Shown here: positions 57,486 through 64,000 of the stretch, one piece after another
How the letters are laid out: every line of letters begins with the position of its first letter
Position numbering within the stretch: position 1 is the first letter of the stretch
NCBI GenBank assembly: GCA_035292885.1
Contig: DATDPG010000019.1
Span: 59,570 to 123,569 of the forward strand
Length of the DNA: 64,000 bases
Reading direction: 5' to 3'
DNA from: Bdellovibrionota bacterium
GTDB lineage: Bacteria; Bdellovibrionota_G; JALEGL01; DATDPG01
Translations under genes and position numbers: made by a program
Notes under the pieces: generated by a model
The model's input: only the letters and a program-made list of their open reading frames with translations
Databases searched by the model: none
What the model was told of the DNA's origin: nothing

Positions 57486-57590
57486 GGCGAGTACGCCCAT
57501 TTGCTGATGGACGGCGAGAATGAATTGGCGCTCTGATATCTGGGCCCTGTGCAGAGGGAAGAGACGTCGACGCAGGCCTAGCTGCAGGCT
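57486..57590. repeat. direct repeat copy 2 (degenerate duplicate of gene 3' end, downstream of brnTA)
   Basis: See copy 1. Reading frame broken by a stop (gcgctctgatat). Confidence 0.7.
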
Positions 57591-57651
57591 TGGACTGATT
57601 CAGATCATAGTAATTGTGCGTGCCGGCAATCATGATCCAGAATAGGAAATT

Positions 57652-58734
57652 ATGACCCAAATCCGAGCCTGGAAGTTCCAAAAAGCGGGGGAGCCGTTTT
57701 CGTTTGCGGAATCCGCCATGCCCAAACCGGCGCCGGGAGAAGTGTTGGTGCGAGTCGCGGGTTGCGGGGTTTGCCACACGGATCTCGGATACGTCTACGA
57801 CTCCGTTCGGACCGTCAAACCCCTTCCGCTGACGCTCGGTCACGAAATCAGCGGATTCGTGGAGGAGGTCGGCGCCGGGGCAAAAGAATGGATGGGAAAA
57901 GCGGTGATTATTCCGGCCATCCTTCCCTGCGGCGAATGTGATCTTTGCAAGAAGGGGAGACGATCGATCTGTCGGCGGCAGAAAATGCCTGGGAACCATA
58001 TCGACGGTGGTTTCGCAAGTCACATTGTTGTTCCCTCCCGTTTTCTGTGCGCCGTGCACGTTCGAAACGAAAATGAACATTTCGGCGATTCCGGCGTCAC
58101 GCTGAAGGAGCTCTCCGTCGTGGCGGATGCCGTTACCACGCCGTACATGGCGATTAAAAGGAGCGGCTTGGCAAAGGGCGATTTGGCGATCTTCGTCGGT
58201 GTCGGCGGAATTGGGGGTTTTGGTGTTCAGCTCGCCGCCGCTTTGGGCGCAACGGTTGTGGCCGTCGACATCTCGGACAAACGTCTTCAATTCATGAAGG
58301 AACATGGCGCCGAGGCCATTTTCAATTCGAAAGAGATCAACGGAAAGGAACTCCGAAGGGCGATCGGCGCGTTCGCGGCCGAACGAAAACTTCCGTCGTA
58401 CGAATGGAAGATTTTTGAAACCTCGGGGAGCGCCGCCGGGCAAGAACTAGCGTTTGGGCTCTTGACCTTCGGCGCTCATTTGGCCGTCGTCGGTTATACG
58501 ATGGAACAACCCGCCCTGCGCTTAAGCAATTTGATGGCGTATGACGCCCAAGCTTCGGGAAATTGGGGATGTGATCCGGTCTATTACCGGGAGGTGCTGG
58601 ATCTGGTAAAGAGCGGAAAGATCAAGCTTGCGCCGTTCGTGGAGCTGCACCCATTGAACCAGATCAACGAGATTTTCAACTGGGCGCACCACAAGAAACT
58701 GGAACGGCGCGCCGTTCTGATACCGGAAAAATAA
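57652..58734 (+). CDS. had: Zn-dependent MDR alcohol dehydrogenase, candidate 6-hydroxycyclohex-1-ene-1-carbonyl-CoA dehydrogenase
   Basis: GCGVCHTDLGY zinc-ADH motif. GVGGIGGFGVQ Rossmann fold. 360 aa. Gene order matches the Thauera had-oah-dch-bcrCBAD cluster. Confidence 0.55.
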   Translation: MTQIRAWKFQKAGEPFSFAESAMPKPAPGEVLVRVAGCGVCHTDLGYVYDSVRTVKPLPLTLGHEISGFVEEVGAGAKEWMGKAVIIPAILPCGECDLCKKGRRSICRRQKMPGNHIDGGFASHIVVPSRFLCAVHVRNENEHFGDSGVTLKELSVVADAVTTPYMAIKRSGLAKGDLAIFVGVGGIGGFGVQLAAALGATVVAVDISDKRLQFMKEHGAEAIFNSKEINGKELRRAIGAFAAERKLPSYEWKIFETSGSAAGQELAFGLLTFGAHLAVVGYTMEQPALRLSNLMAYDAQASGNWGCDPVYYREVLDLVKSGKIKLAPFVELHPLNQINEIFNWAHHKKLERRAVLIPEK

Positions 58735-58744
58735 AGGAGGACCG

Positions 58745-59845
58745 ATGTCGCCGTTTAAAGATCATGATTTGGTTCCGAATCCGAAGTTCACGCAGATCCT
58801 TTACGAATTAAAGCCGTGTCGGAACCCGAAAGGGTCGTCCGTTGCCGACCTTTTCAACGCGTGGATCACGCTGAACAATCCGGAGCAGTTCAATTCGTAC
58901 ACGACGCAGATGGTGAAAGAGACCATTTTGGCGTTTCGGACCGCGTCGAATCAGCGCAATGTGGTCGCGGTCGTCTTGACGGGCGCGGGCGAAAAAGCCT
59001 TCTGTACGGGGGGGAACACGAAGGAATACGCGGAGTACTACGCGGGCCAGCCGGACGAATATCGCCAATACATGAGGCTGTTCAACGACATGGTGACGAC
59101 GATTCTCCAGTGCGACAAGCCGGTGATCTGCCGGGTCAACGGCATGCGGATCGCCGGAGGCCAGGAAGTCGGCATGGCGTGTGACTTCTCGATCGCGAGC
59201 GACCGCGCAGTTTTCGGACAGGCCGGACCGAAGCACGGCTCCGTTCCGGACGGCGGCTCGACGGATTTCTTGCCTCTTTTCGTCGGCGTGGAGCGGGCGA
59301 TGGAAAGTTGCACGCTCTGCGAGACCTGGAGCGCCTATCAGGCGTATCGGCTCGGATTGATCACCGACGTCGTTCCGGTGCTGAAACGGAATGGAACGTT
59401 TATTTCGAACCCGGCGGTCATTACGGGCCGCTGGATCGATGAGGCCGGAAAGATCGTCTACGGCCAATTCAAGACGGGAGAGGACCGATCGAGCGCCGAA
59501 AAGATCGTTCGCGAATGCAAGGTGGATCTGTCGGCGCTCGATCGTGCGGTCGAAAGTATGTGCACGTCCCTTCTAATGACGATGCCGGGGTGCCTCTCCA
59601 AGACGCTCAGCTCCGTTCGAAAGCATAAGCTGGAACATTGGGACCGGAACCGAGAGACCAACCGCGACTGGCTCGGCCTGAACATGATGACCGAAGCGAA
59701 GGTCGGGTTCCGGGCGTTCAACGAAGGAACGAAGGAAAACCGCGAGGCCGATTTTATCGAGCTGCGCCGGAGACTTGCCCGCGGCGAGCGATGGAGCGAC
59801 ACGTTGGTCGAGGCGGTCCTCCCGTCGAAGAAGGAGAAGATTTAG
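58745..59845 (+). CDS. oah: crotonase-fold enzyme, candidate 6-oxocyclohex-1-ene-1-carbonyl-CoA hydrolase
   Basis: 366-aa enoyl-CoA hydratase/MenB-like (VLTGAGEKAFCTGGN, GGQEVGMACD), the size expected for Oah. Confidence 0.45.
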   Translation: MSPFKDHDLVPNPKFTQILYELKPCRNPKGSSVADLFNAWITLNNPEQFNSYTTQMVKETILAFRTASNQRNVVAVVLTGAGEKAFCTGGNTKEYAEYYAGQPDEYRQYMRLFNDMVTTILQCDKPVICRVNGMRIAGGQEVGMACDFSIASDRAVFGQAGPKHGSVPDGGSTDFLPLFVGVERAMESCTLCETWSAYQAYRLGLITDVVPVLKRNGTFISNPAVITGRWIDEAGKIVYGQFKTGEDRSSAEKIVRECKVDLSALDRAVESMCTSLLMTMPGCLSKTLSSVRKHKLEHWDRNRETNRDWLGLNMMTEAKVGFRAFNEGTKENREADFIELRRRLARGERWSDTLVEAVLPSKKEKI

Positions 59846-60616
59846 ATGGTCCCCTTCAAGAAGATCAAAGTCGACAAACTCTACGACGGCCAGGTTTGGT
59901 GGATTACGTTGAATGTTCCCAAGGGTAACGTTCTGGACCGGGAGATGATGTTGGAGATCGAAGACTCCGCGAGATCGGCCCGCATTCCGTCGGTGAAGGC
60001 GCTTGTTTTCGAGGGGGCGGGGGATCATTTCTCGTTCGGCGCCAGCGTGGCCGAACACACCAAAGAAGCGGCGCCGAGCATGCTGGCGGCGTTCCATCAA
60101 CTCTTCCGAACGTTGATCGATTCATCGAAACCTCTGGTTGCCGTCGTACGGGGTCAATGTCTCGGAGGAGGAATGGAATTGGCGACGTTTTGCCACTGGG
60201 TGTTCGCTTCCGAAAACGCCATGTTCGGCCAGCCCGAGATTCAGCTCGGCGTTTTTCCGCCGGTCGCATCGATCGTGCTTCCAGCCAAGGTCGGCCAGGC
60301 GGCCGCGGACGATCTCATCCTGACGGGTCGGTCGATTCCGGCGCGCGAAGCCAAGGAAATCGGCCTCATCACTTCCGTTTCCGGCGATCCAAAGGCGGAA
60401 GCGACGAACCTGCTCGACAAACAGATTCTCCCCAAGAGCGGTGCGGCGCTGGAATTCACCGTAAAAGCGAGCCGGTATGAATTTCATGAAGCCTTCCGCC
60501 GTGGAATCGAGCGGCTGGAGAAGACGTATGTTCGTGAATTGATGGAAACCGCCGACGCCAACGAGGGAATCGCATCCTTCCTGGAGAAACGGAAACCGGC
60601 CTGGAAAAATCGATGA
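59846..60616 (+). CDS. dch: enoyl-CoA hydratase, candidate cyclohexa-1,5-diene-1-carbonyl-CoA hydratase
   Basis: 256-aa crotonase (FEGAGDHFSFGA, GGGMELA). Confidence 0.5.
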   Translation: MVPFKKIKVDKLYDGQVWWITLNVPKGNVLDREMMLEIEDSARSARIPSVKALVFEGAGDHFSFGASVAEHTKEAAPSMLAAFHQLFRTLIDSSKPLVAVVRGQCLGGGMELATFCHWVFASENAMFGQPEIQLGVFPPVASIVLPAKVGQAAADDLILTGRSIPAREAKEIGLITSVSGDPKAEATNLLDKQILPKSGAALEFTVKASRYEFHEAFRRGIERLEKTYVRELMETADANEGIASFLEKRKPAWKNR

Positions 60617-60623
60617 GGAATTC

Positions 60624-60695
60624 GGGGGACACACGACTGGACCCAAACTCCAATTGCTTCTCAAGAAGCCAATTCGGGTCCATACATGTGTCCCC
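60624..60695. repeat. 72-bp imperfect nested palindrome between dch and bcrC
   Basis: gggggacacac...gtgtcccc outer stem with an inner ccaattg...caattcgg stem. Confidence 0.4.
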
Positions 60696-60706
60696 TTAAT
60701 TAAGAG

Positions 60707-61870
60707 ATGACCGTCGAGCAGATCATCGGGCGCTGTCAGGTGCTCTACGACGATCTGGAATTCAAATACGTCCGAGAATGGAAATCGAAAAAAGCCGGGC
60801 GCAAAGCGGTGGGTTACATGCCGATCTATATCCCCCGGGAGCTGGTGCGGGCGGCCGGTATTCTTCCCGTCGGCCTGATGGGCGGGGGGGACCAGCTGGA
60901 AATCATCCGCGGAGATTCGTACTTTCAGTCATACATCTGCCACATTCCGCGAAGCACGATCGAACTGGGTCTCCTCAAGAGATTCGATGACCTCGATGGT
61001 TTGATCTTTCCGAGCACGTGCGACGTCATCCGAAACCTGTCGGGGATGTGGAAGCTTCTGTTTCCCGACCGGTACGTGAAATATTTTGATGTTCCGCAGA
61101 ATTTCGACCGAAATACGGCGGGAACGTATTACCGCCACGAGCTTCAGACGCTGCAAACGGATTTCGAACGGTTGTCCGGACAAGAGATTTCGGCGGAAGG
61201 ACTTCGAAAGGCGATCCGGCTCTATAACGAGAACCGGCGCTTGATTCGGGAGCTGTACGATCTTCGCTGCGAGCGGCCCTGGCTCGTTCCAACGACCGAG
61301 AGCTACCTGCTCCTTCGAGCGGGAAATCTCCTGGACGTCGAAGAGCACAATCGAATGCTGGCGGACTACCTCCGAGCCGTCATTCGCGTCGACCGCCGTC
61401 CTCTGGACAACAGCCGGGTCGTGATCCGGGGCGTTTTCTGCGAGCAGCCGCCGCTCAACCTGATCAAGACCTTGGAACGTTCGGGCTGTTACATCGTGGA
61501 AGACGATTTCGTCCTGGTCTCCCGCTGGATTCGAGGAGACATCCCCACCGAGGGGGACCCGCTCGAGAATCTGGTTCGCGCCTTTTTGGAGGACAGCGTG
61601 GAAACCGCCGTTCGGTACGACAGCGCGGACGAAAAAGGAACCCGATTGATCGAAATCGTCCGAAAGCGAAAAGCGGACGGCGTGATTTTTTGTGCGCCCA
61701 GTTTCTGCGATCCGGCACTTCTGGACCAGCCGATGTTGACGGCGGCTCTGGAAAAAGAGGAGATTCCTTATACGCACTTCAAGTTCGCCGAGAACACCGG
61801 GCAGTTTCAGGTCATCCGGGAGCAGGCCGGAACCTTTTCGGACTCCGTGAAACTTTGGGGGACCCTATGA
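60707..61870 (+). CDS. bcrC: benzoyl-CoA reductase / 2-hydroxyacyl-CoA dehydratase family subunit (BcrC/BadD-like)
   Basis: 387-aa HGD-D family. Positioned before the BcrB-like and activase-type genes. Confidence 0.6.
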   Translation: MTVEQIIGRCQVLYDDLEFKYVREWKSKKAGRKAVGYMPIYIPRELVRAAGILPVGLMGGGDQLEIIRGDSYFQSYICHIPRSTIELGLLKRFDDLDGLIFPSTCDVIRNLSGMWKLLFPDRYVKYFDVPQNFDRNTAGTYYRHELQTLQTDFERLSGQEISAEGLRKAIRLYNENRRLIRELYDLRCERPWLVPTTESYLLLRAGNLLDVEEHNRMLADYLRAVIRVDRRPLDNSRVVIRGVFCEQPPLNLIKTLERSGCYIVEDDFVLVSRWIRGDIPTEGDPLENLVRAFLEDSVETAVRYDSADEKGTRLIEIVRKRKADGVIFCAPSFCDPALLDQPMLTAALEKEEIPYTHFKFAENTGQFQVIREQAGTFSDSVKLWGTL

Positions 61871-63141
61871 GCGGAAAAATTCAAAAAGAACAGAGCATGG
61901 TCGTTCAAAAAGAAATGATCGCCGACTATTACAGCCGTCTTTCCCGGGCGCACGACGAAGGGAAGAAGGTCGTCTACACGTTTGTCCCCGGAAATTTGAT
62001 TGAATTGATCGACGCGCTCGGATTTTTGCCCGGTCTACCCGAGATCAACGCTCTTCAATCGGGGATGCGCGGCAAGTCGGCGGGGTACATCGCCGAGGCG
62101 GAAAAGGCGGGACATTCGGAAGATGTCTGCACGTACGTCAAGTGCGACATCGGGATGAAAAAATCGGGAAACATCGGTCCGACCGGCGAGAAAATTCCCG
62201 AACCGGATCTGTTGCTCCTGTCGTACACCGGCTGCTTCACCTTCATGAAATGGTTCGAGCTTCTCCGGAAGGAATACAACTGCCCGGTGGCGATGCTCCA
62301 CGTTCCCTACCAAGCGGACGGCGTCATCACCGACAACATGCGCAACTACGTCGTCGACCAGTTAAAAAACAACATTATCCCGACCATGGAAAAGGTGGTC
62401 GGTCGAAAGCTCGATCTGGACGAATTGTCGGCCCGCATGGCTCGCTCGGCGAAGGCGGAAGACGATTTGGTAAGCGTGTTCCAGTCGGCCAAGAAACGGC
62501 CGTCGCCGATCGACGCGTATTTCGGGGGCGTCTATTATATCGGGCCGATCTTCACGGCGTTCCGGGGCAGCGAAGCGTGCCAGACCTATTACCGCGTTCT
62601 CCGCGGTGAAGTGGAAGAGCGGATCGAGGAGCACAAAGGGCCGGTGACGCCCGAAGGGGACATTTCGCAGGAAAAATACCGTCTCGTCGTAGAGGGGCCT
62701 CCCAATTGGACCAACTTCCGGGAGTTCTGGAAGATGTTTTACGATGAGGGGGCGGTCGTTGTCGCCTCGACCTATACGAAAGTCGGGGGCGTCTACGACC
62801 GAGGCTTCCGGCACGATCCGAATCGTCCGCTCGAATCGCTCGCCGAGTACTGTCTCGGCTGTTACACGAACTTGAATCTCCCGTCGCGGATTTCGATGCT
62901 GGAAAAATATGTGAAGGAGTACGACGCGGACGGCTTTCTCATCAATTCGGTCAAGAGCTGCAATTCCTTCTCGGCCGGACAGCTTTTGATTTTGAGGGAA
63001 CTCGAAGCCCGCACGGGAAAGGCGGGAGCGTTCATCGAGACGGACCTCGTCGACCCCCGGTACTTCTCGGCGTCGAACGTGAAGACTCGACTTGAGTCGT
63101 ACTTTCGAATGATCGACATGAAAAGGGCAAGGGCAGCCTAG
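61867..63141 (+). CDS. bcrB: benzoyl-CoA reductase / 2-hydroxyacyl-CoA dehydratase family subunit (BcrB/BadE-like)
   Basis: 424 aa. ATGA overlap with the preceding gene. Confidence 0.6.
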   Translation: MSGKIQKEQSMVVQKEMIADYYSRLSRAHDEGKKVVYTFVPGNLIELIDALGFLPGLPEINALQSGMRGKSAGYIAEAEKAGHSEDVCTYVKCDIGMKKSGNIGPTGEKIPEPDLLLLSYTGCFTFMKWFELLRKEYNCPVAMLHVPYQADGVITDNMRNYVVDQLKNNIIPTMEKVVGRKLDLDELSARMARSAKAEDDLVSVFQSAKKRPSPIDAYFGGVYYIGPIFTAFRGSEACQTYYRVLRGEVEERIEEHKGPVTPEGDISQEKYRLVVEGPPNWTNFREFWKMFYDEGAVVVASTYTKVGGVYDRGFRHDPNRPLESLAEYCLGCYTNLNLPSRISMLEKYVKEYDADGFLINSVKSCNSFSAGQLLILRELEARTGKAGAFIETDLVDPRYFSASNVKTRLESYFRMIDMKRARAA

Positions 63142-63306
63142 TGTCCCGAGCCCGAAATAGATTGATAACAAAGGTCGCCGATGCGCCCGGATGGCAAGGC
63201 GCGACGACGAAGGCGTACTTGCAAAGCTGTACGTCGAGGAGGAGCAACGCAGCCAGCCGGGATGCAGCGGAGGCCGTCTATCAAGATATGTCGGGCTCGG
63301 GGCACT
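63140..63306. mobile_element. 167-bp MITE-like palindromic element, copy B (inverted relative to copy A), inserted between bcrB and bcrA
   Basis: TIRs gtgtcccgagcccga / tcgggctcggggcac. Internal sequence about 94% identical to the reverse complement of 54215..54381. Confidence 0.6.
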
Positions 63307-63308
63307 AA

Positions 63309-64000
63309 GGTGGAGTGCTTTATCGGAATTGACTTGGGATCGACCACCACAAAAGCGGTCATCATCGATCGAAACCGGAATATTTTGGGCAGTGGAATTA
63401 CGAACAGCCGGAGTAATTATGACGTCGCCTGCAAGATCGCCCGCGAGGAGGCGTTCACAAACGCCCGCTTCTCTCTGATTCGCGGTAAGGCAAAGCAGCG
63501 GGGCTTGCTGAATTCGGAGGGAGAGAAGGCCCTGGTCCGACTCGGAAACGAATTTTTCGTCCAAGACTTTTTGATCCAGTTGTGGAACCTTCGCGATTTA
63601 GCCACGGAACGGCTTCGGAACGAGCGCTATGCAACTTCCCGATTGACACTGCAAAAAATTCTCAGAGAAATATTTGAAGATATTGAAGAAAAGGCGATGA
63701 AAGACGTCGGGGGAGGGGGGAGACGAAAATCGGACTTTTTCCGAGATCTGGCCGGAGCCTATTATCAAGAATCGGCGGAACGTTACGCCCGGGAGGGAAA
63801 AATCCCCTTCGAGCTGCTGATGAGCGTGTTCGACGGCGTGATTTTTCTTGTCGAGAATTCGATGGAGGAAAAAGGATTCGCTGAAATCATGAAAGGTCTC
63901 TTCGACCGGGTCGGCTTCGGCATCTTCCCGAAGGAACGGGAAACCGATTGGCGGGAGTTGATCGAGGCAACGGCCTCCACGCCTTTCAATGAAGCGGGAA
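63309..64000 (+). CDS. bcrA: BadF/BadG/BcrA/BcrD-type ATPase (benzoyl-CoA reductase alpha-like / activase), partial
   Basis: GTG start. VECFIGIDLGSTTTKAVIID acetate/sugar-kinase-fold ATPase signature of the BcrA/HgdC family. Runs off the window end. Confidence 0.6.

Noticed and set aside
1-64000. tRNA, rRNA and CRISPR arrays
   Set aside because: Intergenic regions were scanned by eye for GTTCGAATC-type T-arm motifs and for spaced direct repeats. None were found. The only repeats are the palindromic MITE-like pair, the 105-bp direct repeat around brnTA and the 119-bp palindrome.

Overview
This 64 kb window comes from a high-GC (about 60%) bacterial genome. Gene content points to an anaerobic, multiheme-cytochrome-rich organism of Deltaproteobacteria/Nitrospirae type. 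It contains no rRNA, no tRNA and no CRISPR arrays. I could not run any searches, so all calls rest on motifs read from the ORF translations and the DNA itself.

Content from left to right:
- A partial radical SAM gene and an outer-membrane beta-barrel.
- A stress island: Hsp20, a USP protein, four CBS-pair proteins and NnrS.
- An STK-like gene fused to tandem PilZ, a malic enzyme gene, and feoB with a Cys-rich FeoA.
- A first porin-cytochrome module: a monoheme c, a diheme and a heptaheme lipoprotein cytochrome, a beta-barrel, and a divergent deca-heme cytochrome.
- An ACIII/Qrc/Psr-like CISM module: pentaheme c, a TAT-dependent MopB subunit, a 4x[4Fe-4S] protein, an NrfD membrane subunit, a small membrane protein and a four-domain tetraheme cytochrome.
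- Accessory genes: an NTase-fold protein, a TIG/TSP3 lipoprotein, a metallophosphoesterase, and two paralogous N-terminally membrane-embedded Ser/Thr kinases flanking a TLC/MFS-HEAT transporter.
- An Omp85-like barrel coupled to a large lipoprotein, a PAP2 phosphatase, a second tetraheme paralog and a vapBC pair.
- A large minus-strand respiratory supercluster: a Rieske/cytochrome b/nonaheme c bc-type complex, an 11-heme c fused to a b-type membrane domain (Geobacter CbcL-like), a second monoheme c, and a second, paralogous porin-cytochrome module with a 1180-aa surface multiheme lipoprotein.
- A tandem-PilZ protein and gdhA.
- A Thauera-type benzoyl-CoA cluster (had-oah-dch-bcrC-bcrB-bcrA').

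The benzoyl-CoA cluster and its upstream neighbour are decorated by two inverted copies of a 167-bp palindromic MITE-like element, a brnTA toxin-antitoxin cassette flanked by about 105-bp direct repeats, and further palindromes. The most notable features are the duplicated porin-cytochrome extracellular-electron-transfer modules with a CbcL-like and a bc-type quinol oxidase, the MITE copy splitting the bcr operon, and the kinase-transporter-kinase trio.
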